NCBI GenBank assembly: GCA_043811915.1
Contig: JBDRMS010000004.1
Span: 1 to 45,745 of the forward strand
Direction of reading: 5' to 3'
Source: a bacterium
GTDB taxonomy: Bacteria > Patescibacteriota > Andersenbacteria > UBA10190
Length of the DNA stretch: 45,745 nucleotides
Below, one piece after another: positions 37,589-45,612 of this stretch (its first letter is position 1; every line of letters starts with the position of its first letter). A program made the position numbers and the translations under genes. The notes below the pieces were generated by a model. The model ran no database searches and was not told the origin of the DNA. It saw nothing but the letters and a program-made list of their open reading frames with translations.

Positions 37589-38764
37589 AGCAAGCAATAT
37601 CCAGTGCAAAGCGGCCAGGTCGTTTTTGAAGTAAATAGTGTCGGTGAAGCCGAAGAGTAATAGCGCTAGTAGGGCTAGTGCCAGTGCTGTAGCACTGGAG
37701 TTGAATTTAAAAAATACCAAAATATTCAAACCGACAAAAGACAGCAGCCCTAATAACCCGGTGTTGAGCCAGAAGGAGAGAATCCAGTTATGAGGATCGC
37801 GGAAGACGAATTCAGCCAGCGGAGGGGACCTATCTTCGCCAAGGCTACGGCGGGTAAAAAAACGTTCGTGCAGTTTTTGCTGATAAACGGGCTCAAAAGT
37901 ACCCAGACCGACACCCAATATCGGGTGTTCTTTTATTAAATCCCAGGAGATAGACCATAGTTGCAAGCGGACAGAGATGGAGTTGGGAAATTGGGTTAGG
38001 TAGGTAAGCCGGCCGGTCGAAGATAAGAAGAGGGCAGCAAGAATAAAGAATAAGGCAAGAATGGTGAGGGCTGGTTTTCGCGAAGATGGCTTTGCCCAAA
38101 ACGTTATACCTAACGAGAGAGTTATTGTTATGGCAATAAGGGCAGATACGGACTGGGTGGCGAGAAGGGCGAGAACTATGGGAGCAGCGTAAAACCAGCG
38201 TTTTTGCCAAAGGGCTATTATCAACAACGGGGCGAGAAACAGAGCGAGGGAGTTGGGGACACTATAAACGCTTTTCACCCGGCCTAGGCTGAATATCTGG
38301 AATAGGCCGATGGCAGAGACAGCGATACCAGATGCCATAAGAGCGTTTATAATTTTTAAGTTAAATTTTTCGATTTTCAAAAAACTGCCGCTGTAAATCA
38401 GCCAGCCAAATAATATGGGAATTATTATCCAGCTCTTGAGGATGCCAAGACTGGTGTAGGGATGGGGCGAAATTATGGTGGAGACAATGGCGGCGGTGAT
38501 AAAAAGGAGTACCAGAATCCTGAAGGTAATTGGCAGCCGCCGCCAGGCAGTTGCCCAGCGGGAGCGAGTAGCTGGCCGGATGAAGCAAGCTGTGGCAACG
38601 ACCAGTATAGCCAGCTCGAGAAAATTGGCGGGCAGGCCGAAGACGGAGAAACGAAGAAGATAGGCGGGAAGAAAGGCAGCAGTGAGAATAATGGCGGTGC
38701 GGTGATGATAGTAGGCAAGAAGGGCGAGAAGGGCGAGAGCGGGGAAGAGGAAGAAAGTAATCAT
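37544..38764 (-). CDS. O-antigen ligase / O-oligosaccharyltransferase-family membrane protein
   Basis: Many TMs, RVKSVYSVPNSLA, VRLQLW, PILGVGLGTF, DPHNWILSFW. Confidence 0.82.
   Translation of the reverse strand: MITFFLFPALALLALLAYYHHRTAIILTAAFLPAYLLRFSVFGLPANFLELAILVVATACFIRPATRSRWATAWRRLPITFRILVLLFITAAIVSTIISPHPYTSLGILKSWIIIPILFGWLIYSGSFLKIEKFNLKIINALMASGIAVSAIGLFQIFSLGRVKSVYSVPNSLALFLAPLLIIALWQKRWFYAAPIVLALLATQSVSALIAITITLSLGITFWAKPSSRKPALTILALFFILAALFLSSTGRLTYLTQFPNSISVRLQLWSISWDLIKEHPILGVGLGTFEPVYQQKLHERFFTRRSLGEDRSPPLAEFVFRDPHNWILSFWLNTGLLGLLSFVGLNILVFFKFNSSATALALALLALLLFGFTDTIYFKNDLAALHWILLALVWRTCWRRRRSGG
37829..37857 (+). repeat. Palindromic repeat copy 4 (degenerate, in frame on the antisense strand)
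   Basis: CCTATCTTCGCCAAGGCTACGGCGGGTAA, translated TRRSLGEDR in the ligase. Confidence 0.7.
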
Positions 38765-40023
38765 AAATCCAAAAACTTGGATTTGTTTCCTGCCGTGAGC
38801 GCTAAGGCAGTAATGACAATGAGAGTAATGAGAAGGTGAGAATATAAAAAACTGTTAACAAACTGGCTGTGGATAAGCAAGGTGGTGAAGCTGAACAGGA
38901 CAAGCAGCGACCGGGTGCGCAACATTATAAAGGCCCAGGGGAAAAAGAAGAGAATAACGCCAATGAGCCCCGTAGTTATCCATAAAGTAAGCAGACTGTT
39001 GTCGGCACCGGCACGGGAATGAATATTGAAGTCTGAAATTAATCCGGCTTTGGCGGCAGCAAATTGGTAGGCGTTGTAACCAACACCAAGCAGGGCGTGT
39101 TGCTCGGCCAGGGGCCAGACTTCTTTGAGGGCATCCAAGCGAAGCCGGGCGGTGGCATCCAAAATGACAATACCGACCAGGCGATCATGTAAAAGAAATG
39201 CCGCGCTGCCCAGCAGGAGTAAGATGAGCAGGAGGCTGCTGATAGCGGCTACGAGTCGGGCACGAGTGACGCGGTGCAGCGCCCTGGCGATGATGAGAGG
39301 GGAAAAAATAAGTGTTGATAGGGTGAGGGCGATGAGGGCGCTGCGGGATTGAGTTAAAAGGAGGGCAATTATTATCAGTGCCACTAGCACTAACAACAGC
39401 GACGGGTTCCACCTTCGCTGAAGCTTCGGCGGGCAAGCCTGTCGCGTCGTTCTGATAATAATAAACGGCAGCATGATAGCCAGGAAGGCACCGAAGAAAT
39501 TGGGGTCGAGCCAGGTGGAAGTGAGGCGGTTTTGGTGGGGATCCCACCCCAATTTTGTTAAAGTTGAGAAGTCAGGGACTAACCATAGCTGGAGGAAGCC
39601 GAGAAGGATAAGAATGGTTGTAGTGATAATCAGTCCGCGCCGGGCGGTGGCGGCTATTCTTGCATCCTGGAAAAGAATAAGCAACGCGGGCAGGAGGAGC
39701 AGGTGGGCGGCGAGACGAGACCAGTAAGCGAAGGCGACGGCGCTGTTTGGAAGGCCTAGTTCAGGAACTCGAATGATAAGAGTAAAGAGAGACCAGAGGA
39801 TGAAAGGAGTGATAGTAACTAGTAACTGGTAACTAGTAACTGGTAATTTTTTGGTATTGAAAATAAGGCTAATGAGAGCAGATATTAGTATAATCACGAC
39901 GGCTAGATCGCTGATTAGTAAACCGCCACCCTGGCCGGGGAGGGGAAAGCGCAAGACCTGGCCTATAACGAGAGAGGCGAGAAGAACCGATACAAGGAGC
40001 GAGCCGATTTTACTAAAAGACAT
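38761..40023 (-). CDS. O-antigen ligase / O-oligosaccharyltransferase-family membrane protein
   Basis: RLTSTWLDPNFFG, LTQSRSA, LLGVGYNAY, ADNSLLTLW; stop overlaps the start of the next ligase. Confidence 0.85.
   Translation of the reverse strand: MSFSKIGSLLVSVLLASLVIGQVLRFPLPGQGGGLLISDLAVVIILISALISLIFNTKKLPVTSYQLLVTITPFILWSLFTLIIRVPELGLPNSAVAFAYWSRLAAHLLLLPALLILFQDARIAATARRGLIITTTILILLGFLQLWLVPDFSTLTKLGWDPHQNRLTSTWLDPNFFGAFLAIMLPFIIIRTTRQACPPKLQRRWNPSLLLVLVALIIIALLLTQSRSALIALTLSTLIFSPLIIARALHRVTRARLVAAISSLLLILLLLGSAAFLLHDRLVGIVILDATARLRLDALKEVWPLAEQHALLGVGYNAYQFAAAKAGLISDFNIHSRAGADNSLLTLWITTGLIGVILFFFPWAFIMLRTRSLLVLFSFTTLLIHSQFVNSFLYSHLLITLIVITALALTAGNKSKFLDL
39408..39439 (+). repeat. Palindromic repeat copy 5 (in frame on the antisense strand)
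   Basis: TCCACCTTCGCTGAAGCTTCGGCGGGCAAGCC, translated ACPPKLQRRW. Confidence 0.85.
39813..39847 (+). repeat. Heptamer tandem repeat inside the ligase gene
   Basis: TAGTAAC TAGTAAC TGGTAAC TAGTAAC TGGTAAT, translated LPVTSYQLLVT. Confidence 0.85.
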
Positions 40024-40685
40024 ATCATATCAGGGTAGTGCTTGCGGAAGTACTTGTCAGCTGACTGGTCATAAAGTTTTGTTTTACGCTGTCTGTCCGA
40101 AAGGCTAGCGCCGCGCTGGTGAACAGCTTTGGCTTGGGGCAGAAATATAATCTGGTGTCCAGCCTGGCGGGCGCGGTAACACAGGTCGACATCTTCCCAG
40201 TACAGAAAAAAGCGGGGGTCAAAACCGCCGAGCTGTCGGAACAAGTTACGACGAATTAGCATGGCGCCGCCGGAAACCCAGCCGACAGAGGCGGGCTGTA
40301 GGGGAACGCGCTGTTGTGTGAAGTGTCTGGTAATAAGCGTGAGAGGGGTGACGGGGCGGCCAAAAGAATGCTTTTCTGGCTGTCCGCCGGGTGAGGTTAA
40401 AAGAAAGCCGACGATGCCCGCGCCGGGGTGACACTCAAGGTAGTCTTGCGCGGCGGCGGCAGAGCCTGGAGTTAAGAAAGCGTCGGGATTAATAAAGAGC
40501 AGGTATTCATTGCCAAGCTTGGCGGCGCCATTATTGGCCGCGGCGGCAAAACCGGGGTTGTTTTCTTGGGTGTTGTTAATGACAGAAATGTCTTTAATGC
40601 CGTTGGCGCGCAGGCTGATAAGGCAGCGTTGAAGTAGTTGGCTGGACGTGTGGTAGGTGACGATGACGGCGCCGACTTTAAGCAT
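39963..40685 (-). CDS. Glycosyltransferase family 2 (WbbL/rhamnosyltransferase-like)
   Basis: VIVTYH, NPGFAAAANNG, FINPD, WVSGGAMLIR, GGFDPRFFLYWEDVDLC. Confidence 0.9.
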   Translation of the reverse strand: MLKVGAVIVTYHTSSQLLQRCLISLRANGIKDISVINNTQENNPGFAAAANNGAAKLGNEYLLFINPDAFLTPGSAAAAQDYLECHPGAGIVGFLLTSPGGQPEKHSFGRPVTPLTLITRHFTQQRVPLQPASVGWVSGGAMLIRRNLFRQLGGFDPRFFLYWEDVDLCYRARQAGHQIIFLPQAKAVHQRGASLSDRQRKTKLYDQSADKYFRKHYPDMICLLVKSARSLYRFFSPLSL

Positions 40686-40811
40686 ATTTTAACTGTTGTC
40701 TGGGGAGGGAGGAAATGCAACGTGGAGGCCTGGCCCCTAAAGCTCGAGAAGTGGTGTGCCACATGCAGTATATTGCAGCCTTACGGCCTGTAGCCCTAAT
40801 TCAAACACCCG

Positions 40812-41720
40812 GAGACCGTTTCGAAACTCCAATTACGCTACAATAAACACAATTAAGCCATAAACAAACACCAACACATGACACAAGTTTACGGTCGTGC
40901 TTCATCCGACCTAACTGATGAAGAGTGGCATACCGTAATGCCCCTTATGCCTCCTCCCAAACATACCGGTAGGCCCAGAGCACCAGACCGCCAGGTACTG
41001 GATGCTATCTTCTTTGTGCTGCATACCGGCTGCCAATGGAAAGAACTACCTAGAGAAAGATACGGCGCTTACTCTACTGCCGCTAACCGCTTAAGACACT
41101 GGCAAGCAAATGGCACCTGGCCGAAGATCCAAACGGCGCTCTTACTACTGTTGTTAAGGAAGCAGCAGATCAACTTAACCTCCTGCTACTTAGACGGCGC
41201 TTTAATCGCCAGTAAAAGGGGGGAAGATCAGCCATCGGAAACAATGCTTTCCGACGAGTAGAAGGGCTTAACAGAGCAGTTTTGTGTGACGGAAATGGTA
41301 TACCTCTATCCTCCGTTACCACGTCTGCCAATCGCCATGAAATTACCATTGCCCTGGCTACCGTAGACAAGTGCTACCAACAATCCAACGAGCTTAAACC
41401 AAAGAGGCTGTGCGCTGACAAAGGTTATGACAGCAACTGGCTGGCCGAGGCACTACTTGAGCGCAACATCCAACCATACCTGGTGCCCCGGCATTGGCAA
41501 TCCATGGTGCGACACGTTAAGACCCGACGCCGCGGCCGGCCACCTGGCCATCGCTGGAAAGTTGAACGGGCCCATGCCTGGTGTAACCAACAGCGGAGAA
41601 TTGCCTCTTTCTACGAAAAAAGCATCTCCACCTATGACGCCTTCGTTACTATGGCTTGTATTCGGTTCTACTTAAGAAAACTACACAAAAACACCTTGTC
41701 ATGAGTTTCGAAACGGTCTC
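40812..41720 (+). mobile_element. IS5-family insertion sequence (909 bp)
   Basis: Perfect TIRs GAGACCGTTTCGAAACTC / GAGTTTCGAAACGGTCTC, flanked by CG on both sides; transposase inside. Confidence 0.9.
40878..41704 (+). CDS. IS5-family transposase, two ORFs joined by a -1 frameshift
   Basis: SDLTDEEW, TGRPR, TGCQWKELP, LDG; AAAAGGGGGG at 41214-41223; -1 frame gives KGG..CDGNGIPL, ADKGYD, RWKVERAHAW. Confidence 0.85.
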
Positions 41721-41757
41721 CGGGTGTTTGAATGGCGGTATACACTTTTGACTATAC

Positions 41758-42444
41758 CTACTGCCCAACCGTCACCCCATGCAACTTGTGCCACTGCATC
41801 GCGCCCAGAATTGCTTCCCAAACCGGCTTGTCCACTAAGAACCTATCAGCCCAATATTTCCATTCAGTGAATGTCGGCGCTCGGCCAAAGACAAAACGAA
41901 ATACTGCATTCAACGGCTCCAAAGCGCTCAATGCCCCGCCTTTCTTCGTAGTCACGCCCTTAACCTGCGGAATGGGAGACTTTACACTCTCATCAACCGG
42001 ATCCGGCCCCGGGCAACAGTCAGTTTCGTCCCCACCACCTCCGCCACTATTCGAGGCAACACTGGTGCTATCACTGGGGCCATCATCACACGGCAAAATA
42101 GTGAATGCGAATACCGCCGCCACCGTCTTGCTGGCATCTCCCAAATCATGAATACGCGCCGTTAAAACATGGTAACCCGTCGTCACCTGTTCCAAAACAG
42201 TCCAATTAGTGGGCTCTCCCCAGCGTCCCAGAACTGGCGCCCCATCTAAATCAACCAACAAATACTGGACATCTGGTCCATAAGTAGCCACACCGGAAAA
42301 CGCCACAAACTGATTACCGCAACGCGATATTACAGTCTCATGGATTAGAACCGAGTTACCCACTACGCTCGCTTCAGCGGTGGCAGTAAACACGGTTGAG
42401 CTTAGTAATAAACTAATTATTACTGCAAAAGCCTTGAATTTCAT
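41758..42444 (-). CDS. Secreted protein with Ig-like domain and C-terminal GRAP..E..YW domain
   Basis: Signal peptide ending AEA; Gly/Ser linker; C-terminal domain shared with 44149-45612. Confidence 0.75.
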   Translation of the reverse strand: MKFKAFAVIISLLLSSTVFTATAEASVVGNSVLIHETVISRCGNQFVAFSGVATYGPDVQYLLVDLDGAPVLGRWGEPTNWTVLEQVTTGYHVLTARIHDLGDASKTVAAVFAFTILPCDDGPSDSTSVASNSGGGGGDETDCCPGPDPVDESVKSPIPQVKGVTTKKGGALSALEPLNAVFRFVFGRAPTFTEWKYWADRFLVDKPVWEAILGAMQWHKLHGVTVGQ

Positions 42445-42534
42445 ATGCTTTATAAAGAATAGTTTTTTATATAAATAAAGGTGTTTCTTTAGAACAAGGA
42501 ACTCTATTATATAATGCCTTAGCTGTCAATAAAC

Positions 42535-43642
42535 TGTCCTGGTCCATAACATATGATGATCCACCTATGAGTATCTATGCCCTCCCGTCACACTGGAACC
42601 ACTATGACAGTGTATGGTTCCAGACTGCCCGGCGCTGGTCGTATCGCCAATTGGGCAGAGCGAGTAGGCAATTTAACCCCCGCGGCCAAAAGGCGTCTCA
42701 AGATTATGGACTGGCACGTTAAGCACGGTGAGAATATTTCACTCACTGCCAGGCACTTTGGTCTGGAGAGAAAGACGGTGCGTCGCTGGCGTGACCGTTT
42801 GCAACAATGCGGCGTCCTGGGTCTTAATGACCGCTCGCGCCGGCCACATAACACACGGCGGCCGACTACCTCGCCAACCATAATTAGTCGCACTGTTCAG
42901 CTGCGGCAGGCATACGGTTGGAGCAAGCACAAGCTCACTACCTTGCTTGAGAAAGAAGGCCACAAGATCTCAGCCAGCACGGTGGGCCGCATCCTAAAAC
43001 GCCGTGACTTGATCAACTCTAGGGTGTCCCACCAGCGCAGACGAGCTGCCCTCCACCCCAAGCGCAGACACCCAAAAGGCCTCAAGATAGCCCGTCCCGG
43101 CGATCTGGTGCAACTGGACACTAAGGAGCTAACTTTGGTTGGGGGGCGTAAGCTGTATCAGTTCACGGCTATTGATGTGTTAACTAAACTACGTGTCTTG
43201 TTTGCCCATCCTTCTCTGGCTTCAACTAACGGAGCAGCCTTTCTTGTGCAGTGTCTACTGATATTTCCGTTTAAGCTGCGGGCGGTGCAGACCGACAATG
43301 GCAGTGAGTTTTTGGGAGCTTTTCAGAAACTATGCGAGCGGAAAGAGTTACCCCAGTTTTTCATCCATCCCCGTTGTGCCCAAGAGAACACCTACGTGGA
43401 GAGAAGCCATGGCACTGATGAAAGAGAGTTTTACCAGCGTGGTAATCTGCGCCAGACGCTGCCGGCCATGCGCCGTCGGCTTCAGTGGTGGGAGAAAACC
43501 TACAATGAAGTCAGACCGCATGAATCGCTTAACATGCTGACTCCCCAAGAATATTTAAAGTGCTGGCAGACTGGTCGACTGCCGACAAAAGATGTCATTA
43601 CCCTTCAAACCTAAGTGGGTCATATGTATCTGAACCTAGACA
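42535..43642 (+). mobile_element. IS481-family insertion sequence (1108 bp)
   Basis: Ends TGT...ACA, imperfect TIRs sharing TGTC..GGT.CA...ACATATGA, 5-bp duplication TAAAC at 42530-42534 and 43643-43647. Confidence 0.88.
42577..43614 (+). CDS. IS481-family DDE transposase
   Basis: HTH (TARHFGLERKTVRRW), GL.DRSRRPH, VQLDTK, VQTDNGSEF, YVERSH, YNEVRPHESL in one ORF. Confidence 0.9.
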   Translation: MPSRHTGTTMTVYGSRLPGAGRIANWAERVGNLTPAAKRRLKIMDWHVKHGENISLTARHFGLERKTVRRWRDRLQQCGVLGLNDRSRRPHNTRRPTTSPTIISRTVQLRQAYGWSKHKLTTLLEKEGHKISASTVGRILKRRDLINSRVSHQRRRAALHPKRRHPKGLKIARPGDLVQLDTKELTLVGGRKLYQFTAIDVLTKLRVLFAHPSLASTNGAAFLVQCLLIFPFKLRAVQTDNGSEFLGAFQKLCERKELPQFFIHPRCAQENTYVERSHGTDEREFYQRGNLRQTLPAMRRRLQWWEKTYNEVRPHESLNMLTPQEYLKCWQTGRLPTKDVITLQT

Positions 43643-43755
43643 TAAACGGTACAAATCATTTTGTCAGGTTTTGTTGACACGTTATACATTGACCACAGCT
43701 TAAACATCTAGCATCATTCATTATATATGGACTTAAAGAAACAAATCCATTAAGC

Positions 43756-44067
43756 ATGTTCAGCCCCTCCCTAGAAACAATCAAAAGGAATAAATGGAAT
43801 ACGGCGGTGATTGTGGCCAGCCTAATGTTACTCCTGTCAGGCACATTGCATTCCATAAACTTTAGCGCGCACGGAGCGCTGCTTTTTATAGTTTCTTCAC
43901 TGGTAATGTTGGTTTTTCTAATGAATTTCACCAACCTGGTCCTACTGCTAGTCCACGTATACAGACACGGCTGGTCAATATTTCTGACAACACTGGCAGT
44001 CATGATAATATCGTCTCTACTCTGGGTTCTCACCATGATTATTGATCCCATATCCCTCATCGTCTGA
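43756..44067 (+). CDS. Small 3-TM membrane protein
   Basis: Hydrophobic 103-aa ORF followed by a terminator hairpin. Confidence 0.55.
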   Translation: MFSPSLETIKRNKWNTAVIVASLMLLLSGTLHSINFSAHGALLFIVSSLVMLVFLMNFTNLVLLLVHVYRHGWSIFLTTLAVMIISSLLWVLTMIIDPISLIV

Positions 44068-44092
44068 CCCAGTAATGTATCACCGTAAAAAG

Positions 44093-44126
44093 AAAAAGCG
44101 GCCACAACCAAATGTGACCGCGTTTT
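44093..44126. terminator. Bidirectional intrinsic terminator
   Basis: AAAAAGCGGCCACA-ACCAAA-TGTGACCGCGTTTT between convergent genes. Confidence 0.6.
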
Positions 44127-44148
44127 GTTGAAAGTACTAAACCAGGGT

Positions 44149-45612
44149 TTACAGTGAGAAAAGGATGTTTATTCCTTCACCAATCAACCACGGTAAGTAG
44201 TCCACCGTCATGTGACCTACCCACAAAGGAACATTAGTGGGGCTGAAGGTGTCATCCGTGCCGGCTCCTGGGATCACATTTCCATTGGCATCTAATATAA
44301 CCTGCGCTCCGCCAACACTACCCACGCGTCGGATGCGTACAGAGGTAACACCGCCCGGGTGGATATCATCGACTTGGTCCGGTGTTAGCATGTCAAAGAC
44401 GACCACATAATCCGGGCTGCTCATGTAGAAGTGCAGCCCCGCGTTGCTGGTCGGTGCTGGAGGCACAAACCCAACCTTCTCCTGCCACCACGAAGCCCAT
44501 ATCTCTTGCGCTGTATAGCCGGTGCTAGAGTTACTAGCTAACAGCGCCGGATCATCGATGGTCCAGTCCCACGTCAGCGCCACCGTGTTGTAATCACCAA
44601 CGCTGACGGGTACTTCCTCACCTAGAGAAGCGAATGCAGCATCCACGGCTTCCGGAGTTACAGCTCGGGGCGTCAGCGTCACCGTCACATCCTGACCCGC
44701 CGCATACTGCATCGCTCCCAGCAAAGCAGCTCCTTCCTTATCCGTGCGGCTGCGCCAGTAGACGAGTTCCAATCCATTCGGTGCACGGCCGTAGGCCTGG
44801 AAAAAGAGGTCGGTCACTGTTTCCGTCGGGTGCGTGGTAACTCCAGCAACACCCGGCTTTGTCAGTGCCACATTGGCATCCTCTTTCGGTCGCTCCAGAA
44901 TGATCTTCGTGACGGGGTCTTGCAGAAAAACATTTCCTGCTTGGGCCGTCCGTAAGATCCCGCTGCTGGAAACATACGACTCGCCGATCAGGTACAGCTC
45001 GCTGCTGGGCTTGGGCTGGTTTGTATTTGGCTTCACCAAACCCAATTCCTCAAGCGAAGGACCAAAAGCCGACATCGGCTGCGAATTGTCCGGCCCGCCA
45101 ACTGTAAAGTCGCTTGACCGCGGTACGAATCCGCCCGGAGGCAGAGGACGCTCCTCCACCGTGCCGTCTTCGTACTGGATTAGGAACTTGCCTTCACTGG
45201 CATAGACATCAATGCCTCGTGCCGGGTCGAAGAAGGTGCGTCCGGTGTCCTGCACCGGCTTAGCCACTTGACCCAGATTAGGACTGGATCGGCCGTTGAC
45301 CGCTATCTCGCTGACCAGAGGATGGTCCTGTCCCGCTGGCAGTCCGGCCGGAATGTAACGCAACTCCACCGCGCCATTCACATACTCGACGAAGTACTGG
45401 CCGACCGGGGCGTAAACATCCACGCCTCGTGCCTTGTCGTAGTAGGTCAGACCGGTGCGTTCAATCGTCTCCGTCATGGCTATGCCGCGGGCCGTCCTTT
45501 CCGCCAGACTTTCTTGCTCTAGAGCGCCGTTAGAGGGGGAGGATACAACTACTTGCTCTCTCGGCGTTACCATCACTATGATGATGCCGAAAGTGGAAGC
45601 GACAAGTGTCAA
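44149..45612 (-). CDS. Surface-type hypothetical protein, 5'-truncated by an IS3 insertion
   Basis: Long ORF whose first TTG lies in the IS end; begins mid-hydrophobic segment; internal 38-aa duplication; GRAP..E..YW domain. Confidence 0.65.
   Translation of the reverse strand: MTLVASTFGIIIVMVTPREQVVVSSPSNGALEQESLAERTARGIAMTETIERTGLTYYDKARGVDVYAPVGQYFVEYVNGAVELRYIPAGLPAGQDHPLVSEIAVNGRSSPNLGQVAKPVQDTGRTFFDPARGIDVYASEGKFLIQYEDGTVEERPLPPGGFVPRSSDFTVGGPDNSQPMSAFGPSLEELGLVKPNTNQPKPSSELYLIGESYVSSSGILRTAQAGNVFLQDPVTKIILERPKEDANVALTKPGVAGVTTHPTETVTDLFFQAYGRAPNGLELVYWRSRTDKEGAALLGAMQYAAGQDVTVTLTPRAVTPEAVDAAFASLGEEVPVSVGDYNTVALTWDWTIDDPALLASNSSTGYTAQEIWASWWQEKVGFVPPAPTSNAGLHFYMSSPDYVVVFDMLTPDQVDDIHPGGVTSVRIRRVGSVGGAQVILDANGNVIPGAGTDDTFSPTNVPLWVGHMTVDYLPWLIGEGINILFSL

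Noticed and set aside
40700-40797. GC-rich intergenic stretch with small hairpins, considered as tRNA, tmRNA, SRP RNA or riboswitch
   Set aside because: No cloverleaf, T-loop or recognisable conserved motif
40878-41704. Split IS5 transposase as a pseudogene
   Set aside because: The break lies at a typical slippery run and the -1 fusion restores a continuous transposase
42501-42529. TTGACA...TATAAT on the minus strand upstream of the 228-aa gene
   Set aside because: Spacer is only 12 nt (11 nt in the similar case at 9604-9626), so it is not called as a canonical promoter; the -10 alone may function
43656-44111. 151-aa minus-strand ORF
   Set aside because: Antisense to a more plausible membrane-protein gene, starts inside a terminator hairpin, no motifs
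45580-45612. Hybrid promoter from the outward TTGACA at the IS3 end
   Set aside because: No credible -10 hexamer 16-18 nt downstream
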